A stretch of 64,000 bases of DNA from a virus (Duplodnaviria > Caudoviricetes), in IMG/VR virus record IMGVR_UViG_3300009370_001679, positions 14,606 to 78,605 of that record. One strand, written 5' to 3'. This document shows, piece by piece, positions 1 through 9,900 of the stretch. How positions within the stretch are numbered: position 1 is the first letter of the stretch; every line of letters begins with the position of its first letter. The notes below the pieces were generated by a model. It was not told the DNA's origin. It ran no database searches and saw nothing but the letters and a program-made list of their open reading frames with translations. Made by a program: the position numbers and the translations under genes.

Positions 1-2
1 AC

Positions 3-3000
3 AACCTGATGATGGCGGGCATGGCGGCGGGAATGGTTGCCCAGAGTATGGACGGACTGAACGACAAAACAAAAACTTTCGTGACAGATATTACTATGAT
101 TGGTATGATGTTGGGAATGGTTGCAATGTCCTTTGCTCCTATGTTAAAGGGCCTGTTTATGGTGGCTGGATCTTCGACCACAGCCGCTGCGGCACTTTCC
201 GCACAGACTGCGGCGACAGCTGTTGAAGTTGCGGCATCTGAAGCGGCGACTTTAGCAGATATGCAGAAGGCAGGTGCCGGATTCGCCGCATCCGCGATAG
301 ATGCACAGAAAACGGTTGCCGGTGGTGCTGCTACCATAGCCGATAGACTCAAAGCCCTTGCTGCCGCCGATGCGGCGAAGGCAGATAAAATGAAAGCCGG
401 TGCCGCCATGCTGGCAGGCGGAATTATGGTAGGTCTTGCGATAGCCGCCACTTATGTTATAATGAGAAGTAAGGCGCTTGGTGAACAGGCGAAAAAGCTA
501 ACCGAGGAATATCAAGATTCTATAAAAGAGTTGCAGGAGGGTGGCGCAGGTACGAATCTCGCAGACGCTCAGGCTAAAGTTAGAGCTGCCCTTCAGAAAG
601 AGGCAGAAGCCGCTGGGGCTACATTCAGTGGGTTCGTTTCTGCTATTGCGGCGACTATTGTAGTTATCGCCGCTGCGGTCGGTCTGTTTTTCGCGGGGAT
701 TGCCACGGGCGGTCTGGCTTGGGCGGCTGCGGCAGCCATTTTTATTGCGGCAGCTGGAGTTGCTGGAGCGGAAATGGGGGCGGCGTTTGCAACGGCTGAG
801 GAGGCGATAGGGGCGTCTACTGACGCTTTAGTAGCATCAACGTTCTATGCCGCCACAGCTCTGAACGGACTTACTGCGGCAAACCAAGCTATGGAACTTG
901 AGCAGCTTAGCGGCGTTGCGTTAATGGAGAGACAAGGACAGGCTTTTGACGACTTCTATGCTTCTTCTCTCCAAGCCGCCGGAGCTATGGCGTCTTTTCA
1001 GGGGATGGAAGCTGGTATGGATCAGGAGTTCAGGGGTGAGATGGAGGACTCAGACGTCTTTGAGGCCGTCAAGGATGGTGGGATTGATGCAATGAAGGAG
1101 TTAAGTCAGGCATGGTTTAAAATGGCTTCCGACATGAAGAACGGCATGAATGGCGCTGTAGACGAAATGATCGAAGGTGGCGCGTCTATCAGAGACGCGA
1201 TGGATAGCGCCGAAATACAGGGTCAGCTTAAAAAATACGGAGCTGCTGTCGAGATGGCTACACGACTCCAGATGATGATGAGTGGACTCCAAAAACAACA
1301 AGCCAAACAAGAGTTGGGGCTTGCTGGCATGACAGATGAAGAAATGTCTCGGGCTCAGCGCCTTCAGGTGATGGCGAGGGAAAAAGAGCTTATAGATAAG
1401 GCGTCCGCTGACACAGCCAAGAAAGCGTCAGATGCTCAAGAAAAATCAATGAACGACAGGCTAGAGGCTGACGCAAAAGCGAAAAAGGCTGCGGCAGAAA
1501 AGCTCGCTGCGGACATAGCTCTCGCAAAACAGGCATATCGATCTGCTTTAGCGTTAAGCACGTTTGAGGTTGCCATGGTTGGGCTGAGCGGCGCGATGAG
1601 TATGGCAGATATGGAATTTGGGGCCCTTACTGGCAGTATAAAACAGTTTAAATCAGTTAACGATAAGCTGATTGCCACCTTAGCCTCTGGAAACGTTTCT
1701 CCCGAAGCTGAACAAGCAGCAATGGCTACGGCTGGCCAATTTGGACTAGAGAGGGAGACAGTCGCTCTTATTCAAAAAATGAAAGATAACGAAAAAATAC
1801 GAAAAGTATTGACCGAAAAGGGGATGGAGGCATTTAGTGGAACGCTTGAGGAGAGCGCAGCAAATTTAAGGTTTGATGAATTCATGAGAGATCAGGGTAT
1901 TGATCTGTCTGGACTTGACGCTGACATAAGAGCAGAAATTATGAATATGCTAGAGGATGGGCTTCAGCCGGGCGAGATTGAAGAAATCATGAATAAAATC
2001 AATGGCGCCAATGAAGAGCAGATAAAGGTGCTTGCGGAACTAGCCAAAGCACAGAATGATTACGTTGGCGCCCTGTTTAAATTTGGTGGTGAGGTAGTAA
2101 AGCTCAATGAACTATATGCTAAGGCTATTAGTAATGTAATTAGCGTCCAGCTAAAGGGAGCAGAGCGCCTAGCTAAGGCTCAGGGAAGAGATATGACCGT
2201 GGGAGATGTTAGGGCGGCAGAAGAAGCTAAAAGAAGAGCTCCATTACAGGCAAGAGGTCTTGTTGGAGGTGGAGTCGGCGCTACACAAATACAGCTAGAA
2301 AGAAACAGACAGAAGGCTAGGGATCTGGCCGATAGAGTTAAGGCAGAGGCTGAGGGCGGTCAAGACGCAGAAACAATAACCAAGCTACAAAACGAACAAA
2401 AAGACCTAGCCTCTGAGACCAACGCTCTTACGGCGAACCTTAAGAAACTTTCAGATCAGTCTAAGTTGGCCGCCGCCATTATGGGCGAGATAGATAAAGA
2501 AAAGGGAAAACGGGAGACAATAAGAGGTTTAATCTCCGAGTTTACCTTTGCTAGTAATCAGGGCCGGAAGGATATGGATAGGAATTTCATGGCTCTCCAG
2601 AGGGTGATGGAGACTGGGAGCTTGAATAGTATTCCGGACGAGATGAGGTCTGCTGTTGGAGGGTTATTAGGCACCCTTGAGAATATAGCGATTGGGCCAC
2701 AAGGTCAAACGGGTGGAGAAATCAAGAAGATGCTAGAGATGCAGATGGCTAACCAGCTTAAGATTAGAGCTACTGGTAGGCCGCTTACTGCGGAAGAGAT
2801 GCAGAGAATATTTGATAAAACAACAAAAGAAGAGAAACTTATAGATGACCTAAAAGCTCTTAATGCCGAAGAGGTTGCGGCGGCGACGGCTCTCGCTGAT
2901 CATCAAGCAGATAAGATTGACGACTTGTTGGTGGGAATTGAGAGACTCATTGCAACCCTAGAGGCTGCGCAAGCGAATGCTGGTAATGCGGCACAAGGTG

Positions 3001-6000
3001 CGATGCAGCAGATGCAAAACCCTATGCATGGAGGGTTAATTCAGGGATTCGCAGAGGGCGGAACAGCTTCTTCGTCTGCAACTTCTTTAGCCGCTGGGAC
3101 TTCTGGAGTAAGCTCTTCGGCAAAAGCGGCAAGTTACACATCAAGCGGTAAAAATATGTTCCAGCCGCGAGGCACAGACACTGTTCCTGCTATGCTTACC
3201 CCGGGTGAGTTTGTTATGCAGAAGAGCGCAGTGGACAGCATTGGTGTAGCAACCCTAAGCGCTATGAATAAAGGTGAGAAGCCTATCTATAGGCAGGGGG
3301 GTGGTCCTGTTTCAACGAGCTGGATGAACTTTAACCAAGAGGATCTTACTCTGGGTGCCACTATGATGGGTGGAAGCATAACAGGGATAATTAACGATGT
3401 TATAAAAGGTATAACAGAAACCGTCGCCAATGTCGGAGCCTTGAAATTTAGTGATTTTAAGGGTCTTACCGGTTCGGATGTAATAGCAGAAGATACAGGA
3501 TACAGGCTTGATGGCTGGGACGATTTTGTCATGAGTGGCGGTAAAAGTATGTCTGTTAGCGGCGGCTCTTTACATAGGGCTGCTCTTAAAAGACAAAGAA
3601 CAAGGTCTGCACTCGAAGAATGGTTTGAGATACGTGCTTGGGGTCCGCGCATAGGTAATCCTGCGGTAGCGGCAGCAATGCTGGAAGACCTCTATAAGAG
3701 AAAAGATTACATGCAAGCCATTCGTGCTCATAGGTTCTTTTATAATAAAAAATATCCAGACGGAGGAAGCATAGGAAACAATAAAAATAGTGGAGCCTTT
3801 GATTATTGGAATATGTCAGCGGCGGTAGGGGCAGACGCTATAAATGATGCGTTAGCAGCAAGCGAGGAAGCAGCGCGGTATCTTACTACCAACCAAACAG
3901 AAGGAGAGGTTGGCGCGGTTCAAAGCATATCGTTTGCTGAGGATATAAGGAAAAGGTATGCTGGGGGGCCCGCAAGGGGCGTGGCGGCAGGTCTTGCTGA
4001 AGATCCGAACACTGCGGTAACATTGGCAGAGGCTAGCAATTACCGGAGTGTTCAGAAGACGCTGCCTGAGCTTAGAAGAGTCTACCAAGAATATAGGACA
4101 AATGGTCAAAATATATGGGGATCAAATAAAAACATATTGTATTCAGGTGAAGACAAAGGAGCCAAGAATAGCATGGGCATGCCTTACCCCCTTAAAACAG
4201 AAGGGTCCTCGCCAAAACTTTTTGTCCCAGATCCTAGTTTGGCCTCGCAGAAACTGAAGAACCCGGGCGATCCACAGTATGCGTGGATGAGTGGCCCTAA
4301 CTTTAGAACGAGTAAGTCTGTTCTCGGGACGGACAACGAGGCAGCGTACTACGAGTCGCTATTGGACGATAGCAAATTTGCTATAGTGGGAAATAGGATG
4401 GCGGAGATAAGCGGTATCGTTCGGTCCGCCACAAAATCGGCATCTTCTGCTTATGGTAGCTTTTTGCACAACAATTTATTTACCGATGAGATGGCGGGAA
4501 TGCTTAAAGAGTTTTATACAGATCCAAATGCAGCGACCGCAGAAAATCAGGTAAATCAAATAGCTGAAAAATTACAGAGGGCCTCAAATTCGGGTGCATG
4601 GCAAGGGGGAGACCCCAATGCGATCTTAGCTGCTGTGGTATTTAACCAACTAAGCAAGTTGCCGGGCATTAGTGATGCTATAGAGAACACGACTGGGTTT
4701 AACCAAGGACCTGCTGTTGGCAGTGAGACGGCAGATAAATTTGCAGGGGCACTTGGTTATGTTCCTTGGCGATTAGATGATCCATCTTTGATGAATAAAA
4801 ACATTATAAAAGCTGTTGAGGATAGACGGAATGATGCGGGGCGGAGAATGATGGGGGCAGGCTTGATAACTGCGGATTGGGGTGCGGAGTTTAAAGCTCT
4901 TTGGAAGGGCGAGGACGATAAAACCATTTCGGCAAGTTTCGTTGCGGATAAAATGACTGCTCTTCTTCGTGAGATAGAAGGGCCCGGCGGAAATGACATA
5001 ATGGGAGCGGGTCTTTTAGGTGCCATCCAACAACAACAAGCAGACGCTGCCGCCGACGCAGCAGCACAAGAAGCCGCCGCTGTGGAAGAGGTTGAAGGTA
5101 GGGTCGTGCCAAATCTAGATGTTTTCTATGGCGGTGATGCTCAAAAAGCACAGGCTTTACTGACGGCTCTTGGAGAATATCCGGGTCGCGACAAAGCACC
5201 AAAAGGTATATATCGAATGCCAGCATACTCAGGATTACGCGGAGAGAAGGGTGTCATTGATGAAAAAACGGGCAACCCAAGGCGAATCTTCGCCATAACA
5301 GATATCAAGCGTAATAAAGATCATTTTGATGCAATGTTCCCGTTCTTTAAGGAACTCAGTAACGAGATTTTGGGTATGGCAGGACAGGGCTATATTACGT
5401 CAGCTTCTACGGATGGAGGTGTTGGGTTTAATCCACAGAAAATGGCAGACCTTGGCGGAGCAATAGGTGGGGCGAGTAGGGATGCTCTAGCGCGTTGGTC
5501 AACGCTGGAGGATGTATCCAGTTGGTATGGTAAAGACGGACTCCCAGATAGAGAAGCAGAGAAGATGATTGGCCTGTTTTGGAATTTTAAAAAGGTAAAC
5601 ACAGCTCTTAAAAAGATGCAGGGAAATGCACGAACAGCAATGCGAATGGCTGAGGAGCAAAATAACGGAATGTGGGCTAGATCTGGCCTGTTTGGTGGCG
5701 ATGTCAAAAATTATCCAGACTGGCTGAAACCCGCACAAAGAAATCAACCAAACCAACAACCAAACCAACAACCAAACCAACCCCAGCAGATTCCCCAACA
5801 AAACGCACAAGGCCAACAATTCGCAACGGGTGGCCCAGTAGGAATAGACTGGTCTCCAAGAGGAACTGACACCGTTCCCGCGATGCTAACACCCGGCGAG
5901 TTTGTTATGAGAAAATCCGCCGTAGACAAGTACGGCATAGGCTTTATGGCTGCTATTAATGAAGGCAGAGGAGGTTCTGGAGGATATATGCACGAAGGTG

Positions 6001-6962
6001 GTGTTGCTAGTGTTTCACAGTTTGGAGATGTCGCTACTGCCCCCAAAGCAGATCCTGCCATAGCCAAGATTGAGAAAACCGGAACTGCGACATGGGATAA
6101 GATGACCAAAATGGACAATGGTATGCAAGCCCCTATGTCAGACATTAGCGCCATTAAAGCTACTACCTTAGCAACAAACGAAACTACCGCAGGTATGTCG
6201 AATTCATTCCCCACTCTGAATGACTTATTGCAAGGTATGAGAAGTAAGATAGCTGATATATGGGACAATGTTGGGGGGCCTGCTCCTGCCGCAGCTTATG
6301 CACCAGCCGATATCGATGTCACCGCGATAGTTGCTGAGCTGAAAGTGCTCGCCCAGAGCGCTATTAAAAATCGGAATCAAAACTTTACGAATGTCACCGG
6401 ACTCGCCAATATGCTGATGGAATTGCATCCGCTTCAACTGATGGCGATGCCCAACTTTTTCGCCACAGGAGGTATGGCTAGAGGAACCGACACTGTTCCC
6501 GCAATGTTAACTCCCGGCGAATTTGTAATGAAGAAAAGCGCTGTTGATAAGTATGGCGTAGGCTTTATGAGAAGCCTTAATAATGGTGCCTCTCCTACAT
6601 CAAGGTCAAGAGGTGTACAATACCTTCACGATGGAGGTTCTGCGGTGGGTGGTGGCGGAGGCCTCTTTGCAGGGGTCGGAGATATTGTTTCTTCAATTAG
6701 TGACTCTTTATCCGCCTTTACGCAAGCTTTTAGCTTATTTAGTGGGCTTTCTAGCATGCTAAGCAATACAATTAATAGTATGGCAGACATGAATATAACC
6801 CATAATATTAACATTAATGGAAGTTTAGCTATTCCCGGATTCTCACAAGAGGACATTGATGGTATAATTGCGAACATATCAAATGGGGTTACTCGTGGAG
6901 TAGACGAGAAAATAAAGCAAGCTTTTGCAAAGCGAGATACAGACAACGAGAACAGAACATAA
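3..6962 (+). CDS. Tape measure-like tail protein, 5'-truncated (>2317 aa)
   Basis: Frame is open from the window start. Ala/Gly/Met-rich hydrophobic helices, long Ala/Lys/Glu helical regions, and three copies of RGTDTVPAMLTPGEFVM, a motif type typical of phage tape-measure C-termini. Precedes tail genes. Confidence 0.8.
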   Translation, partial: NLMMAGMAAGMVAQSMDGLNDKTKTFVTDITMIGMMLGMVAMSFAPMLKGLFMVAGSSTTAAAALSAQTAATAVEVAASEAATLADMQKAGAGFAASAIDAQKTVAGGAATIADRLKALAAADAAKADKMKAGAAMLAGGIMVGLAIAATYVIMRSKALGEQAKKLTEEYQDSIKELQEGGAGTNLADAQAKVRAALQKEAEAAGATFSGFVSAIAATIVVIAAAVGLFFAGIATGGLAWAAAAAIFIAAAGVAGAEMGAAFATAEEAIGASTDALVASTFYAATALNGLTAANQAMELEQLSGVALMERQGQAFDDFYASSLQAAGAMASFQGMEAGMDQEFRGEMEDSDVFEAVKDGGIDAMKELSQAWFKMASDMKNGMNGAVDEMIEGGASIRDAMDSAEIQGQLKKYGAAVEMATRLQMMMSGLQKQQAKQELGLAGMTDEEMSRAQRLQVMAREKELIDKASADTAKKASDAQEKSMNDRLEADAKAKKAAAEKLAADIALAKQAYRSALALSTFEVAMVGLSGAMSMADMEFGALTGSIKQFKSVNDKLIATLASGNVSPEAEQAAMATAGQFGLERETVALIQKMKDNEKIRKVLTEKGMEAFSGTLEESAANLRFDEFMRDQGIDLSGLDADIRAEIMNMLEDGLQPGEIEEIMNKINGANEEQIKVLAELAKAQNDYVGALFKFGGEVVKLNELYAKAISNVISVQLKGAERLAKAQGRDMTVGDVRAAEEAKRRAPLQARGLVGGGVGATQIQLERNRQKARDLADRVKAEAEGGQDAETITKLQNEQKDLASETNALTANLKKLSDQSKLAAAIMGEIDKEKGKRETIRGLISEFTFASNQGRKDMDRNFMALQRVMETGSLNSIPDEMRSAVGGLLGTLENIAIGPQGQTGGEIKKMLEMQMANQLKIRATGRPLTAEEMQRIFDKTTKEEKLIDDLKALNAEEVAAATALADHQADKIDDLLVGIERLIATLEAAQANAGNAAQGAMQQMQNPMHGGLIQGFAEGGTASSSATSLAAGTSGVSSSAKAASYTSSGKNMFQPRGTDTVPAMLTPGEFVMQKSAVDSIGVATLSAMNKGEKPIYRQGGGPVSTSWMNFNQEDLTLGATMMGGSITGIINDVIKGITETVANVGALKFSDFKGLTGSDVIAEDTGYRLDGWDDFVMSGGKSMSVSGGSLHRAALKRQRTRSALEEWFEIRAWGPRIGNPAVAAAMLEDLYKRKDYMQAIRAHRFFYNKKYPDGGSIGNNKNSGAFDYWNMSAAVGADAINDALAASEEAARYLTTNQTEGEVGAVQSISFAEDIRKRYAGGPARGVAAGLAEDPNTAVTLAEASNYRSVQKTLPELRRVYQEYRTNGQNIWGSNKNILYSGEDKGAKNSMGMPYPLKTEGSSPKLFVPDPSLASQKLKNPGDPQYAWMSGPNFRTSKSVLGTDNEAAYYESLLDDSKFAIVGNRMAEISGIVRSATKSASSAYGSFLHNNLFTDEMAGMLKEFYTDPNAATAENQVNQIAEKLQRASNSGAWQGGDPNAILAAVVFNQLSKLPGISDAIENTTGFNQGPAVGSETADKFAGALGYVPWRLDDPSLMNKNIIKAVEDRRNDAGRRMMGAGLITADWGAEFKALWKGEDDKTISASFVADKMTALLREIEGPGGNDIMGAGLLGAIQQQQADAAADAAAQEAAAVEEVEGRVVPNLDVFYGGDAQKAQALLTALGEYPGRDKAPKGIYRMPAYSGLRGEKGVIDEKTGNPRRIFAITDIKRNKDHFDAMFPFFKELSNEILGMAGQGYITSASTDGGVGFNPQKMADLGGAIGGASRDALARWSTLEDVSSWYGKDGLPDREAEKMIGLFWNFKKVNTALKKMQGNARTAMRMAEEQNNGMWARSGLFGGDVKNYPDWLKPAQRNQPNQQPNQQPNQPQQIPQQNAQGQQFATGGPVGIDWSPRGTDTVPAMLTPGEFVMRKSAVDKYGIGFMAAINEGRGGSGGYMHEGGVASVSQFGDVATAPKADPAIAKIEKTGTATWDKMTKMDNGMQAPMSDISAIKATTLATNETTAGMSNSFPTLNDLLQGMRSKIADIWDNVGGPAPAAAYAPADIDVTAIVAELKVLAQSAIKNRNQNFTNVTGLANMLMELHPLQLMAMPNFFATGGMARGTDTVPAMLTPGEFVMKKSAVDKYGVGFMRSLNNGASPTSRSRGVQYLHDGGSAVGGGGGLFAGVGDIVSSISDSLSAFTQAFSLFSGLSSMLSNTINSMADMNITHNININGSLAIPGFSQEDIDGIIANISNGVTRGVDEKIKQAFAKRDTDNENRT
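3165..3305 (+). repeat. Tape-measure module copy 1 (PRGTDTVPAMLTPGEFVMQKSAVD...YRQGG)
   Basis: Protein-level repeat; further copies near 5856 and 6480. Confidence 0.85.
5746..5781 (+). repeat. Three exact tandem copies of AACCAAACCAAC encoding a QPNQ linker
   Basis: Read directly from the sequence; in-frame 12-bp unit. Confidence 0.9.
5820..6005 (+). repeat. Tape-measure module copy 2 (FATGG...RGTDTVPAMLTPGEFVMRKSAVDKYG...YMHEGG)
   Basis: Protein-level repeat with synonymous divergence at DNA level. Confidence 0.85.
6459..6640 (+). repeat. Tape-measure module copy 3 (FATGG...RGTDTVPAMLTPGEFVMKKSAVDKYG...YLHDGG)
   Basis: Protein-level repeat. Confidence 0.85.
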
Positions 6963-9900
6963 TGGCAAATATAAAATCCACAAAATCATTACATATACAG
7001 AATGATCAGACCGATGCTGCGGGTGTATACCAGCGCAATCGGGGTATGGATTTATTTCTAGAAGCTCCCGGCGGAATTCAGCAGTTTACAAACTTTGACG
7101 CCAAGGTTGCGTCTTATAATAACAATGACGCAGAGGTTAGAGCAGGACTCTTTGATAGTCCGTATAGATACCTTGAGCTGGAAAGACAGTATGATGGTAC
7201 CGCCACTATGCCTTTCGAGTATGATAATGGCCAGTACTACCCAAGCGACATAAAGATTCTTGATGATATAGCTGTCGTTTCCTATAAAGAGCATAGCCAG
7301 AGAGTTTATCTTATCAATGAGACTATGAAAACTGGACATGTCATCGTAAAAGTTACATATGATAAGGTGGGCGAAGATGAAGTTTTTAATGATGTTGACC
7401 TTAATAGTGGGTTGGTTTTTGCGAATGTTGGAACTGCGGCTAGAAACTTAACAGAGTTTGCCGGTGCAAGCAATATAGTGGGGAGTAATTCTGGTGTAGA
7501 GTCTGGATATAGTATTAGCCCCACCGGAGATGTCGCTGTAGACTTAGGGATAGGCTGTACTACCACAACATCTGATGAAGATTGCACCGTGTTTGGTGGT
7601 GATACATGGACATGGAGTGGGGGAACATGGGTTCAACAAACATTTACAGGATGTGGAGCATGTTTGGACCCATCGTCCGCGACCAGCTGTGGGTGTGATT
7701 CTATGCCACCAGTCGCTCCCGGCACATACGATGGTGAGGGTGGAACCGGAACATGTGCTGCCAAAACAGAAGTAGTTTGCGACCCATTTGTAGAAGATGA
7801 TGATGGTACTGATGTCAAGAAGAGGGTTAATGAGGGGGTTCAAGATTGCGCAGGCCCAACAATGCCCGCAGATGCGCTAGAGAATAAAGAAGGGGGTATA
7901 TTCTTTAGTCAGGTAAAGAACAAAAAGGGCGAAATCATTGACGTTCTTCAGGGGCTTGTAGTTGATTTTAGCGAGAAGTCAACACCTAGCGATGCAACAC
8001 TGTTAAGTCTTAGGTCAAGGCATGACTCTAATTTGATATGGGTAGATGAGTGCGCCGAGGATACAGTGACTTATTATTATAAGGTTCCCTGCCAAGTGGT
8101 TGATTCTTTTTACTGGCAGATAGGACAGAAGACCCAGTGTGGAAGAGTGGATATCTTTGAGCGTCGTAGCGGGACCATAACAGCTGTTGACGGAAATAAG
8201 ATTACGGTAACAGGCCCCACTGGAGACAGTGAACTGATAATTGATGGTTTTGACACTAATCTACTGAATGACTACGATAGAATTAAAATTGTTTCGGGGG
8301 TAAACGAAACCCCAAAAGATCACGTCCATCCTATTAACGGAATCAAATATGTTAAACGAACAGCTAATGGTGATACTGAATATTATATATATGATGATGA
8401 AAACTTAACACAGGAAACAGACACCTCCTCTCTTAAAAGCACCGATGGTTTACTATGGGCTTTTCATCCCGATGACTCTGACTTTGGGGTTTGGAGATAT
8501 AAGACCACATTATTTTCCCCTAACGGTCTCAATGGAGACGGAGTGACGGGTCGCGGAAGAACACCCTACGTAAATCAGGGCGGCGTAGGCCAAATAGCAG
8601 GCTACACAGGAGGGTATTACAGTGGGGGAAATGACACCGATATTCGCAACGCTTTAGATTTAATGGCGTGGGGATATAGGTTTGGTCAAGCAATAGATAT
8701 TATAAAACAGCCCGGCACTGATTATTACTGGCTTGCTATTAGTGAGTTGGGGAATATAGCTAATTCAGATAGTGGAATGGATTATTTTGGGCGGGTTCAA
8801 GGGTCTCAGAATAGTCTCGCTCTCTCAAAATCGGTTTTAATAACTGATAAAGATGGCAACCCCGTTTTAGATGAAAATGGTCTTCGTCAAACAGAGATGC
8901 GGGGCATTTCTCTAGATGAAGCAATTGAATTCGGTCTAGACCCTAAACTTCCCGGACTGGCTAGCATGTTTATAAATCACATTACTGGTAAATATGATGA
9001 GCAAATCGATTGGAACCACACAGAACACTATTCTTACGGCGGGGTAGAGCAAGACCAGAGCAACAGGGCTTCGGGTAAAATCACCTCTATTTTGTCTCCC
9101 TATGGGTACCAAGTTCTAAAACCTAAACATTTAGGGTATGGAAGGGTTTGGCTTTATAAGATAAACATGAATAGTGCTGACTCTGCTATTTCCTCAATAG
9201 GAACCGCTGAGGAGATTAACGCAGCTACAAGAAATGGTCACATTTCAGAGCCACCATTATGCATGGGTGATTACATTGCTGGTTTAACGGATGTCGATTT
9301 TCCTACCAATGTTGAGGGATTGGATGGCTATGGTTATTCCATCTTTTCAAAGTTGGGGTATTTGTACTGGTTTAGAGCGTGGATTTCTAACCTTAAATCT
9401 GGAACGGTTGGAGGTTTTAGTGGGCATGCTAAGGCGCACCACAGGGGGTCGTTTGATAAATGGAACTATAATTCTGGATATCCCAAGAAGTGGGCGCCTT
9501 CATGGTCTTCCGACGAAGAAGACACAGATGAATATGGAAATCCGGGCGGGTTTGATTCGGGTATGGATATTGATCTGCCCGGCGGCGGAACGATGGGCGG
9601 CATGATGGGTGATATGGGCGGTGGTGGTGATGGTGATGGTGGTGATGGTGGTGATGGCGAAACCAAGACCATCGGCCGTGGTGGCGTTACAAACCTGTTC
9701 TTTATTGAATCGCAGAGGTTCGTCAATGAGCTAGTTATGTATAAAGGCGAGTTCGGTTCGGTATTTGGCACGGCCAATGTTAATTTTTTTCCAGATGATA
9801 TACTACAATTTTTTAGGACTAACGAGACTCCGTATGCCCCCTATGCAACATCTGCTGATATCCTAACTAACGGTTTTAAGTTCGCTGACGGGTTTGGTTT

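Noticed and set aside
5746-5781. Tandem repeat as CRISPR array or origin iterons
   Set aside because: No spacers; in-frame coding linker.
3165-6640. Repeated tape-measure modules as DGR template/variable repeats
   Set aside because: Differences are synonymous rather than adenine-specific, and there is no reverse transcriptase in the window.
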